64,000 nucleotides of DNA from Utricularia gibba. Its lineage: Eukaryota > Plantae > Magnoliophyta. Within the stretch, counting starts at the first letter, position 1, and every line of letters begins with the position of its first letter. Shown piece after piece: positions 25,951 through 37,945 of the stretch. The notes beneath the pieces were generated by a model. That model worked only from the letters and a program-made list of their open reading frames with translations. It did not search any database and was not told the origin of the DNA. The DNA lies in NCBI GenBank assembly GCA_002189035.1, contig NEEC01000002.1, forward strand, positions 4,650,001 through 4,714,000, given 5' to 3'. A program made the position numbers and the translations under genes.

Positions 25951-26819
25951 ACTTAGATTTTCTCATACTTCCTTAATGTTATGTGGTAGTAAAGAGTACA
26001 TTGGTAAAGAAAACATTGAAAAAAATTGAATTAAACATCAAATTAAATGTTGAAGAACATAATAAAATAGTCACATGCATAGGATTTATGCAAATAAGGT
26101 TATATTGCAGATTTTTAATTGCAAACGCTCACACGCGTTTTGACTTTAAATAACAAAAGTTGATAAAAAATGAAAGAAAATGAATCCAAAACATGATAGA
26201 TTCACTCTAAACCCTAAAATTGACTTTGATGACTCCGATCTTCGGATTCTGGTCTTTATATACAATAGAGATTTGTGGGCTTTTTTAATGGGCTCATATA
26301 AAATCTTTTATTTAAATTTTTTAAGATGAGATGTAAATCTTCTAGTACAAGATCCAAATATTTCAAGATAAGATACGGATTTTATTTTATCTAAGAATTT
26401 TTGATCGAGTCTTTATCCAAATAGACCAAATTTTTGCCCCCATCAAGATAAATTTGACTTTCCTCCAAATTAGATCAAAATCATTCTAAAAAATCAAAAA
26501 ACATACTATTTCTCTAAAAAAATCAAAGTAATATGAAAGATATATAGGTTTATCTAAAGATATAAAAAAAGTGAGACAAATGGATGTAAAACCAACTCAA
26601 TTAAGTTTTAAAAAGCACAATATAAGTGAAATAAAATTACTTATCATTAACTTTGTTTTTTCTAAAAATTTCCTATTAATTCTAATAGTATGGCCAAATT
26701 TTGAATCTCAGAACATACCATTTCTGGCAAATTTAGATTATATTTGATAAAATGTATTATGAATTAAAATGAAAAAGATTTCAGAAAAAATTTACTATAA
26801 AATAAAAACCATTATGTGT

Positions 26820-27180
26820 TCTAATTCCTTCCACATTTCATCAATGGCATCTAGTATATTGGTATTATCATTTAAACTAATTCCAAAACTACGTAAGAAA
26901 TCTGTTAAAGGTTATACCCATTTTTTCAATTGTGGATCTTTAAGTTGAAGTGCACTTATGCTCTAATGTCAATTTCCGATTTGAGTTTCATTAAAGCTAC
27001 TTCAAGGGTCACCTACTAATTTCCTCTAAATCCATTTTCAATCTTTCAACATTCTTTAATTATATGTAATGCTTCAATTAGATGTATCACTTCATCAGGT
27101 TTTTATTAATGTTTAATACTTGTTATATCATCTTCTTCATTTAGATTTTCATATCTTTTTTCATCATCATTATTGAGTGA
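26820..27180 (-). mobile_element. Harbinger-associated Myb/SANT-like ORF relic
   Basis: Minus-strand IENGFRGN..VTLEVAL...HFNLKIHN and LTDFLRSFGISLND...IDEMWKE resemble the NGFK...LE / SGFGWN...VW pattern of this family. Confidence 0.45.
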
Positions 27181-27881
27181 TAATTTAATTACATCAAGTA
27201 ATGTATATTTGAAAACAGAAAAATACAACAAGAATTCAATTGTAAAAGAAGATACATGTAACAAAGAATATTTATGATTATCTAATATTCAAAGAAATTT
27301 TAAAATGAATATGAAAATTTGAAATAAAGAATGAAATCTGACTACCAATTTGTTACTGTACATATGTATATGTATATCAAATATTTATATAAACCTAATA
27401 ATATTAAATTTACATATCATATGTAAAAGTATTGTATTTTTCAAATAAATTAAATCGATATAAACCCATGAAAACCTAATACAAGTAAAAAGAAACCACA
27501 CTATAATAAAGGAGTCTCTCCAGTTTTCCGAGCAGCTTCCGTCGCATAAAACGACACCGTTCTGGTAGCGATGGCGTCAGGCAACTTCTCAATCTCGTCA
27601 ATGTCCAAAAACCCTATAAATTAGTAAATCCAATGTTGTCCAATCATTGATTCCGCTTCTGCTCAATGAATCTGGTCAATTTTCCAACTTGTATGAGTTA
27701 CCCTCATCATCTTCACACGGAAACCCAATAAAGGAACCTTGAAAGTTCGGTATACTGAAAGCGGAGTAGCAGATTTTAATGGATGAGTAGTTTTTGGGTC
27801 TATTGTATTGTTGCTGCTACCGATTTTGCTGGTTTTGAGTAGAGAGGGCTTTGTTTTTTTTGAATTGTGGAAGGTTTTACA

Positions 27882-30800
27882 ATGGCTCAGTCATCGCGGA
27901 GGTACTACGTTGTTGGGGATTACATGGTGGGGAGGCAGATAGGAGCGGGTTCGTTCTCGACGGTGTGGCATGCGCGTCATCGTATCCATGGTACTGAAGT
28001 GGCGATCAAAGAGATTCTCACGGCGCGGTTGAACCCAAGGTTGCAGGAAAGCCTTAAATCGGAGATTTTTATTCTGAAGAGAATAAATCACCCGAATATT
28101 ATCCGCTTACACGATATGATCGAGGTCCCACTTTCTTCTTTTTTCTTCTTCTGAATCGCCATGGTAAATGAATGAATGATTAGATAGACTCCATGAATGG
28201 GTTCTTCCTCGGCAATACCCTTTGTATGGTTATAAGCTTCGAGTTGGTGACTTGGTCGAGGTTCCTCGGTGAAATGCTGATAAATTTGGATTGTGGATTG
28301 TGTATCAGATACCTGCTTTCTCTTCTCCAACATAAAATTTATATCTTGTTTGCTTTAACTATTTTTCTGGCGTAGGTCTGTTGGTTCTAGTTTGGTTTGA
28401 GACAGGTTAATGGGATGCATCTTAAATGCCCGACTAAATGAGCATTTTTATACCTTGACGGGTTAATAGTATTTTACTATTATGTTTTCCAAGATCAGGT
28501 TCATTATGTGTCTTTTGCCTTCCCAATGAATCCTGTTTGTTCAAGCTGTAGGATTCTGGAAAGATTTATATCATTTTGGAATACTGTAAAGGAGGTGATC
28601 TTTCTATGTACATTCAACAACATCAAGGAAGAATCTCTGAGGCAGTTGCAAAGCATTTTATGCAGCAATTGGGTACATTTTTCTGATTTTCCCCTTGGTC
28701 TTCTTCTTCTTTTTCTCTATCTAATGCTGAAACTCATGCAGCGGAAGGTCTTAAGGTTCTTCGTGAAAACAGCCTCATACATCGGGATTTAAAGCCTCAG
28801 GTATGTATCAGAAAAAGAGAACTTTTCACCAAATTCAGCCCTGCTACTTCTGTTTCTAAGTTGAAATAGCATTTGAAGCATAGCTCATCGTAATGCTGAT
28901 CAATGAGCTTCTTAGCTTTGCTTTAGCATGCCCTCTTCTCTTCTTGGAAAACTGGCCTTCACATTTGCACGTTTTGTGTTTCTGGGGCAGAATCTACTCC
29001 TCTCCAGTAAAGATGACAATAGCACCTTGAAGATTGCGGACTTTGGGTTTGCAAGGTGTAGATCATGCATAAATATCCAACATTGTTTGTACGAATGATT
29101 GATTTAGTTAGCCAGTCTTTGGCCTCGCATATTACTTCTACAATCTGCATAAACTTTGTCTGTATTGTCTATTTCTGAAGGTATTCTGAGACCCTTTCGT
29201 CAATTTTTTTTTTTTTTCTAATGCTGAAACACTTCCGTGCTTGTATTAGTCATGGGATGAACCTTGCAATTGTTGATTTTTTTTTTTCCCCTGGGGATGG
29301 GCTATCTGTGATAAGCACCACTAATATTACAAATTTACTTTGTGGTTGAATGCTGTCCAGTTGAGAAGATCTTCAAAATCTCTCTCTCTTTAAATGCTAA
29401 AAATTGAAGGTTTTATATTCTTCCAGGTCCTTGCAACCTAGAGGGCTTGCAGAAACCTTGTGTGGTTCACCATTATACATGGCTCCCGAGATCATGCAGC
29501 TTCAGAAATATGATGCTAAGGTGAGGTATTAACAATAATCAATTTGCCATTGACATAATAGACCTCTGTTAAGTTTACTCCAATAATTCCAGGCAGATCT
29601 TTGGAGTGTTGGTGCCATCTTGTTTCAACTTGTAACAGGGAAACCGCCTTACACTGGAAATAATCAAATACAGGTTGGTTAAGTTTAGGTTATTCTGCAT
29701 GCTCGTTCTGGTGTTTGATTTTCTTTTGTGTCTGAGTTCTGAAATGATCTTGCAGCTTCTAGATAACATATTGAAGTCAGGTGAACTCCAATTTCCACCT
29801 GAGGTGGGGGGTTTGAGTCCACCTTGCATTGATTTGTGCAAGAAATTGCTTCGCTGTAATCCAGGTCTTAAGGAAGCTTCATATTTCATTATACAACCCC
29901 ACACTGATGTAGATCTTCACAATCATCCTTCATTCACAGTACACATTTGTACCATGTTTAATCCCAGTACCTTTTTTGCACAGTTGAGCGGTTGACATTT
30001 GAAGAATTTTTCAGCCATCCATATTTTTTTGAAGGGCATCCTGATGATAGTTTTCGGTACTGAATTCCTTAGTTGAACTTTTACCTGAGTGCCGGAGCTC
30101 TCATTTTCATGTCAATTTTTTTACTGGAAGCAGGAGTGAGCAGTCTGAAAGGGTTTCCTACCATTTTCATCCTGCAATAAGCACGGAGCAATCCTCTCAA
30201 GATGATAGCTTGCCGTTCACACTAGATGATGATACAACTGGTCTGGATGGAAATGCTCCATTTGCTAGGAAGCCAAGTGGACAATCCACACACAGGTTTT
30301 CTCCTGGTCCACAGAGTGTCCCAGTTTTGAATCTTTGTAACCTAGCAGATTCTTCCAACCCCAGAGGTGGTAGGTATTTATATGATCATTTTCATTCTTA
30401 TCTTCCAATGTTCTTTTCTGATGCTGTTGAAACTGACAGTTCTGGATTCAATGGAGTCAATCGATCAGGATTATGTGATTGTCTCAGGCACACAGCTGGG
30501 CTCTTCGACATCAATACGTTCTTCTAAGGCAAGTCACTGTCCCTCGAAATTTGACAGTCATGATTCTAGAAATATGAACTCCACAAGTGAAGGGCTGCCA
30601 CTTACTTGTGGAGCAACTGCTGGGGTCAGTTGCAACGCTAATCTGGAAGATAGACTCTCAACCGCTGGAACTTCCCAACAAGGTTCAATGGATATAGCAG
30701 GTGCTTCTCAACAACCATGTGCCGATAGCCTTAGACGAATCAGTTCATTACAGCACCATGCTGCTGCCATTGTGGAACTAGTAAAAAGCAAGGTTGCCGT

Positions 30801-31731
30801 AAATAATACAGCGTTTTTCTTTTTTCTTTTTTTTTTTAATGTTGAAATGTCTTGGTTGTGGATGGTTGCCCCCTTGCAGCTTGATGCAGGGAAACAACTG
30901 GAAGCCTTTTCGATTCAGCTCGTGATTCTTGCCGTATGGAAGCAAGCATTGAATATTTGCTACGCCCATGCTGCATCAGCTTTTGATGGCAACCGCAGTC
31001 AAGAATCAGCAGGTCTCAAAGAAGCTTCCGAGGCTGAGTGTGGTTCAGACGTCAGTGAACCCGGAGGTACTGCCGGCGCACAGGATCCATTAGGCATTAG
31101 TGCAAAGATAGAGAGAGAATTTCTCCACGAAGTAGAGCGTGCCGAGGAACTTGCTAAAGCAGTAGATCCGGGTAAGATAAGCAGTCCGTCTGATTCCTTC
31201 CATGTCGGTTTTACACCATGTTATGTTTTTCAGGGAACCTGGACATGCCAGAAGCCTTGGAGCTGATATACCAATCGGCCCTAGAGTTGGGTAGACACGG
31301 AGCTGTAAGTAATCATTTCTGGTGACCGAACTCCAATATCCATCCATCCATCCATCCGTCCTGAACCACGGTTGGTGTCGTTGCAGGTGGATGAGTACAT
31401 GGGTGAGATGGAAAACGCCGAAGCCTTGTACTCAAAAGCAGTGGTGTTGTTGCAGTTTCTTCTGGAGGAGGCGCCATCCCTCATTCTGAATCCCCCGTTT
31501 TCGCTCACCAACTCCGACCGGTACCGGATTCAGGGCTACGTGGAGACTCTGTTGAACCGCCAGAGCATCTCGCGATCTCGAAGACGGGAGATTTTCAACT
31601 GTGAGGCCCATTCCCAGTGCCCCCCTGACCGCATGTCCATGTCTACTACTACTACTACTTGCATTGCTTCATTTGTTCATCACAGCCACAGGGAATTGTG
31701 TAGTGTGCATGTGTTGGAATCAATCGAGTAA
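27882..31731 (+). CDS. ATG1: Serine/threonine kinase ATG1 (ATG1c-like), 13 exons, 713 aa as modelled
   Basis: Exons 27882-28124, 28552-28672, 28742-28800, 28991-29055, 29427-29520, 29593-29673, 29756-29864, 29984-30056, 30134-30369, 30440-30792, 30880-31171, 31234-31304, 31387-31731 total 2142 nt in frame. Motifs [38 protein letters not shown]; acidic AIM DQDYVIV (~30465-30483); C-terminal [17 protein letters not shown] and [19 protein letters not shown]. Confidence 0.93.
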
Positions 31732-33043
31732 TTTGATCTGAAATATCCCCTCCCAAATTTCATCTTGGAAACCCAGAGAGAAGATCACGGAATGAAAATA
31801 TATTACTCACCTCTAATTGGTTTTTTTATTATCAAATATGAATACTTTTTATTTTAAAATGAATATGAATTTCAAAATATTTTTATTTTTAATACAATAC
31901 AGAAAAACTAATTTTATTTTATAATAAAATCAAATAGAATGAATAATAAAACATTTTAAATTGACTCGTCTCAACTCTCACATGGACAAAATGAACTCCT
32001 GAGGATTCTGGTGGGCCACACCTCACGCAGGCGGATTTTGCTTTAACCGAAAGCATCAACTACCCAAGGGGGTAAACACGCGAATCTATAATCATCTGGA
32101 GGGCATAAACGTCATACCAGAGAGCACGGCCCAAGACAAAACCTAGAAGCCCATCCATCCATAACTGCCCCCGCCCCGCCGCCTCAGGTAGAGTGAGTGA
32201 GTAGACTGCCGAGTGCTTCACCGCCACCTGGCGGTCCGCAAAGGTATCCTTCCTGACCGCCAGCACCCCGGGCCCACCAACAACCAATTTCTTTTCTTTT
32301 TCTTCGTATTTTTTTGATAATGTTATTCGAATTTAATCTGCAGACAGTTATATAAATATTTTCATGTCACGAATCAATATGTCAAAAGTGTCGGATACCG
32401 AACATAATAATTATTCACTCTATTTGAAATTTAAATACCAATAATTTGGGAAATATTTAATGTCATTAAACTATAAGCAAAAACACATAAATGGCCGGCC
32501 GGTCGGTCGAGCATAGCCAGCCAATGCGCTCGCTCTTCCTTTGCTTTTTCGTATTTAAATATACTGAAAAAATACAATATTTTTTTTCGGGTCGGTTTAT
32601 AAAAATTTCTTTTTATATTTTTAAACGATACAAATTCGTGAAATTAGAGAAATCGAATTGCTCCGAGCAATCACGCGCCGTGTCCGCCGCTGGTCCCGGC
32701 GGTTGCCGCCATGGCTCCACCGCTTATTCCTTTTTCCTTGCGCCATTTTTAAATATAAAACCAGATACCCATTGCCCTGCCCTTTATTCCTTCCACTCAG
32801 CCTACTCTCTGCTTCCCTCTTCCTTTCATCTCCTAGCTGCTCCCCGGCACTGCCCTGCAGTGGGCTGGGTCCCTTCAGATCTTTTCGCTTCATCCTGTGT
32901 CCACCGCCGGATTTTTCAACAACTCCTCTTCCTTCAACCAATCGCAATCGATTCCCATGGCTTCTTTTTGACTGTTTTTTGTTCAAAATCCCCCGCCCTC
33001 ATCCTCCTCTTTCTTTACCACTTTTTTCGTCTTTCGTGTTTTC

Positions 33044-34088
33044 ATGGGGCAGGAGCTGGACGATGTTGAGTTCTGGTTACCATCCGAGTTTCTCACCGAC
33101 GACGACTTGTTAACAGATTTTAAAACTCCTCCACTTCTGGTGTTTCCGAATGGGATTTGGGGAAATTTTCTGGGGGGTTTGAGTGCGCCAGTGGAGTCCG
33201 TCATTGGTGGATCCGCTGAAACTGAGAGCGACGAAGACGACTTTGTACCGGGGCTTTCTCGGAGACCCGGCTACCGATCCTATTCTCCGTCCTCTGACTA
33301 CACGGCGACGAAGGGAACTGTGAGAATGCGCCCGATGTTATCGCATCTCTGTTTTTTTTTTTTGTTTCAATGTAAACTTATTACGCTGTCCACTGCTAGG
33401 AATGGAAGATGTACGGCTCTCCACAGTCCACCCTTCCCTTGAACAGCGATTTGCCGTACGCCGCCGCAGAGGAAATCCGAAGGATCAAAATGTTGGAGCC
33501 CTCCCAACCGCCGCCTCAGCCGCTGTTCGGAAAGAGTTGCGCGGTGACTAGTCCGTTTTGCCCTCAACTACCTCAAAATGACACAGCTCTCTGCCTGGCT
33601 TATCTCCAACTGCAGGCATTCTCTAAAATCCATATTTCTTGTCGATTGTCGCTTCCCTTTCATTTGCCGAACTCTTAAGTTTCAGAGGATGAAGCAACAG
33701 CAGATGATGCGACGCCGAGTTCTCCGACACCCACCGTCGCCGGCGACGTACCATTTCCGTTCTCTGCACCAGTCGAGCCATCCCCTGCGTCCTGTGTCTG
33801 CAACCAAAGCCCCTCTCCTCCCTGACAACACCACGAAAAAAGGGCGAAACGGAACAGGGGTGTTCCTGCCGAGGCTCCTATCCACCTCAGCGACAGACAC
33901 CCTGAAAAAGCAAGGTGCGTTGCAACTTTTTTTCAAACCCGGGTTTCCTTTGCGCCATTAACGCCTGTAACAAAACCAAGCTCTTTTTTCCAACAGTGCC
34001 TCGTCGTGACAAAGAAGGGACTGCAAGGCGAGGTTTCGTAGCAACGAACTCGGAGACTATTAGGCTTCCCAAAGAGTGGATATACTGA
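33044..34088 (+). CDS. Conserved plant protein of unknown function (~272 aa, 4 exons)
   Basis: Exons 33044-33319, 33400-33615, 33680-33914, 33997-34088 (819 nt). Recognisable family motifs LDDVEFWLPSEFLTDDD, ETESDEDDF, MYGSPQSTL, GTGVFLPR and C-terminal LPKEWIY*. The intron 2 donor is uncertain (GC at 33616 or GT at 33544). Confidence 0.8.
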
Positions 34089-34504
34089 ACGGAACCTAAC
34101 ATTGGCGTCCTCCCGATGAGTGATTAGTGGGGAATTAGCGACTAGATTAGTAGGGTCAGGGTGAGTGTTAGGAACAGGAAGGATTACGTGTCGGAAAGGA
34201 ACGGAACTGTATGTAATAAAAGGAAGGCTGAGCCGGTGGGCGGTTCGAGGTACAAGAAAAGTCGTGACGTGTCAGCTTTTGTCCCCCCGGGGAAATTTGA
34301 AAGAAATAAATTATGTTCCTTCTGTTTGAAATTCGAGTGCTCCTCCCAAGGCACTCGACTGTTTCTTTTTCGGTATTAATGATATTATTTTTAATTACTT
34401 TATCGCGGGCTTTTTTTTTTTTTAATTTCAAAGAAGTCAAAGACAAGGAAACTGAGGAGCATTAGAATTCAAAAGGCAGAGGGACATGTGGTACAAAAGT
34501 TTGC

Positions 34505-34876
34505 CTAATTTGGGTTGGGCTTTTGTGCCTTGCATCCGGGCCCAAATGCCGAAACAGCGGATCCAGCTGCGTGTCCCAGCACGGCGGCGATTAGAACGCC
34601 TCCGTTGTAGGAATTCACAGACAACACAAGGATGTAGCCCAGGGCGGCCCGCAGCAGCGCCATCCCAAATTGTCCGCAAATCTTGAGAGCCCGGTTGGAT
34701 TTGGGGGCGCCGGCCTTGGACAAGCCCTCGGCGGCCGCGGCGAGAAGGAAGATGAGGGTGAGCGCCAGAGCGTACATGCCGGAGTTGGCATCCGGCCAGT
34801 TTGGGAACAGGAACAGGGCTTCGCTGCACCAGTAGAAGGAGTAGGGACGGCGGTGCATGTGCGGACTCATCTCCAA
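34505..34876 (-). CDS. COPT: COPT/Ctr-family copper transporter homologue, atypical (no MxxxM)
   Basis: Single-exon 123-aa ORF: SFYWCSEALFLFPNWP, GMYALALTLIFLLAAAAEGL (TM1), LRAALGYILVLSVNSYNGGVLIAAVLGHAAG (TM2/TM3 with GxxxG). Confidence 0.85.
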   Translation of the reverse strand: MEMSPHMHRRPYSFYWCSEALFLFPNWPDANSGMYALALTLIFLLAAAAEGLSKAGAPKSNRALKICGQFGMALLRAALGYILVLSVNSYNGGVLIAAVLGHAAGSAVSAFGPGCKAQKPNPN

Positions 34877-35449
34877 CTTTCAAGTTGTGAGGAAAATGCG
34901 GCGATGGATTTATGAAGAAGTTTGTTCTCGTCTTCTGTCGCAAGAAACTGTAAGGCTGAAGAAACACCTGCACCACATGGAGTGAACGCGACGCAAAGAA
35001 ACGCAGGGAGACGGAGTTTGCACCTGACCAACTTATATGCTTTATTCATAATTTTGAATTAAATTATTTATACAATCAATTCAATTTGGTTCATTTTATT
35101 ATACAAATAATTATTTAAATTTCAAAAAAGTTTAATTTTTTAAAATTATTAAATCGAATTAAAAAATTCATAAATCCAATGTTATAAGAATGATGGGATT
35201 TGGACGTGCAGTGGGTTAAATTTTGATCAAATAAAATGTAATTTATTAGATTGTCTACATACACCATTCATTTAATATGGATGAGTAGATAAATTACCAT
35301 TATCATTAGTTTTTTTTTAGTAAAGTACTTTCATTTGATTCTGCTTCCATTGATTTGAAGAAATATTTAATCGCTATGATGACAAATTTCCTTTGATTTT
35401 GTGATATCATTTTTCATGGTTGGCCAGTAATATCCACTCCTTATTGCTT

Positions 35450-36345
35450 TTCTTCATAGAGATCGTATCCCAATATGATTGCTGCACTCTTCCTTGTGCA
35501 AATCGGTAATTAGTTCTTAGGATTGTTCTTTTCTAATACTCCTTAGTAGGAGTCTATCAAAGAATTTCTTGTAGAGAATTCCATCAAGCAATGTATATCT
35601 TTTTGTCCTAACCTCTAGTTTTCAGGCTTCTAGTTTGTCAATTGGATTTTCCCCGATTTGTAGGTACTGAAGGTGACATCCAATCTTAACGACAGGTCTG
35701 GGGAGGAATATTGCTTATGGGTTGGTGAGAAATATGATTAACTGCTTGCAGGGTCATTGAGGACTTGTCTCATAACCGGATGACCACACTCCCCTTTCTC
35801 AAATCCTAAAACCCTATGGCAAATCAGGCCAAACTCTACGCCAGTATATTTTCCTCATGAGCCACGTGTGATAGGGTGAACTCTTTAAAGATATTTGCAA
35901 GTTCCTTCACCTTAACAAATATAAAGCCATCAAAGGATCATGAGTTTCGTACTCGTCTGAAAATTGCCCTTTCACCAACCGCAAATCGGTATAGATATCG
36001 AGTTCTGTGACTCCAAGTTCCTTGGCCATCTTCATTCCCTTGATTAGAGCTTCATACTCGACTATGTTGTTGGTGGAGGGAAATAAAAATTTCACAATAA
36101 AGTAGATATAATCTCCATCCTAATTTTTTATATATATTCCTCCTCCAACCCCGTTATATGTCAACCCATCAACATACATAGTGCATCGATCATTGACTTC
36201 CATGAATCGGTTAGTCGTCCTAGTCATCTCCACTACGAAATCGGTGAGTGACTGAGATTTGATTGCTATTCTTGACTTGAATTTGATATCCATAGTGCTT
36301 AACTCGACTGCCCATCTGATATCTTATCTTGTGGAGATATATGTA
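35450..36345 (-). mobile_element. Tat-like gypsy relic with archaeal-type RNase H
   Basis: Minus-strand WAVELSTMDIKFKSRIAIKSQSLTDFV, MYVDG, and ORF 35907-36095 FPSTNNIVEYEALIKGMKMAKELGV...IYTDLRLVKGQ. Confidence 0.7.
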
Positions 36346-36349
36346 TGTT

Positions 36350-37945
36350 CCAAATCTTATCTATATCATATCTTTTATTTTGATTTTAATCGATATTAAT
36401 CTCAAAATAACTCTCTATTTAATTTATCCACTTTACCAATTACATCTCATGTAATTGTGTCATTCTATTTTATATCGTTGAGTGACTCCACTATTGTGTA
36501 TGACCCTATAGCCTTCTTCAATCAAGGACGTAATAATGACTTTATTAATTAATTCTTAATTGATTAAGTCCATCATTATCGATCATGAGTGATGTCTAGT
36601 AACAAATCATGATCCTCAAGATGTAAGAATAATTAGGTGAACTGATTGAGTTTTTCTATGACCAGCCACCATGCAATGAACAGCTTTTATCATACTTATG
36701 TATCATTTGATACCAAAATGATCAAAATTACTACGGATGTTGTGGTTGTAGTTCAAAAGAATTTAAGGATAGCTCAAAATAGAATGAAAGAATGGGTTGA
36801 TATGCATAGAAGGCCATTGGAGTTTATAGTTGAAGACTTTGTGTTAGTGTATGTGTTCTAGAGACAATCAACTCATTGGCAAATCTTATCTTTTGATATT
36901 TACTTTGAATTGCGATCAAATTTATATCATTGATAAAATCCTCTACTTAATCTATGTGCTATAGAAATTGTGATGGGATCATAATGTGAGGTTCTTCAAG
37001 CACTCATGATCAAGTTAAATCTCCCTGGCTATAGTATTTGTGAAATGAGGATATCACAAATACGGATAAGCTGGCACACATTGAGTTCCCTAAACTGTTT
37101 AGGAAATGGTTCTCACAATTGATGTAATGAGATTACTAGAATTTATGTGTGGGTGTCAATTAGAGAATCGATTCATTGGATGACTCATCTTCGAGATGCT
37201 ACTATGGGAAGCTAACCAAGTGTCAGTAGCAAGATCTCGAATATGACAGCCGTGCAAGTAAGCTTAGACTTGAGGTCAACAAAGTTATCTTGATCTTAAG
37301 CTCACATTTTTGCTCAATACTAATGGGAGCCTAACCATGGCTTGCCTAGTATGGATGAGTAGGGATGTGACTCCTTAAGGTTGGAGATAGTTGATTGATC
37401 AATAAAGGATTCACCACTCATGTTAGCAATGAGATCATATCTCAAGTAATTGCATCAAAGCCTAACATTAAGTCCTGAGCCCAGGGTAGTGACACTCGAA
37501 TTGTTTGAGTAGATCATTGAGTGTTAGTGCTTGAATGCAATTATAAGTTCGATACATCAGAAAGACACACACCCATGTTCTGGTATTGAATGAGATATAA
37601 GTATGATGAAAGCTGTTCATTGCATGGTGGCTGGTCATGGAAAGGCTCAATCAGTTCACCTGATTATTCTTTAATCTTGAGGATCATGATATATTGCTAG
37701 ACATCACTCATGATCGATAATGATGGACTTAATCAATTAAGAATTAATTAATAAAGTCATTATTACGCCCTTAATTGAGGAAGCCTATAGGGTCACACAC
37801 AATAGTGGAGTCACTCATCGATATGAAATAGAATGACACAATTACATGAGATGTAATTGGTAAAGTGGATAAATTAATTAGAGAATTATTTTGAGATTAA
37901 TATTGATGAAGCTCAAAATAAAAGATCTCATATAGATATGATTTG
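36350..37945. repeat. Long inverted repeat, arms 36350-36715 and 37581-37945 (~365 bp, ~90% identical by eye), loop ~865 bp
   Basis: Long exact tracts such as AATTTATCCACTTTACCAATTACATCTCATGTAATTGTGTCATTCTATTT occur in opposite orientation. ORFs 36646(+) and 37468(-) both begin xSxSMTSHHAMNSF. Confidence 0.9.

Noticed and set aside
32491-33113. Overlapping 192-, 151- and 121-aa ORFs upstream of the unknown gene
   Set aside because: Composition is that of a promoter and pyrimidine-rich 5' UTR (TATAAAA at ~32754); translations are low-complexity F/L/S/P.
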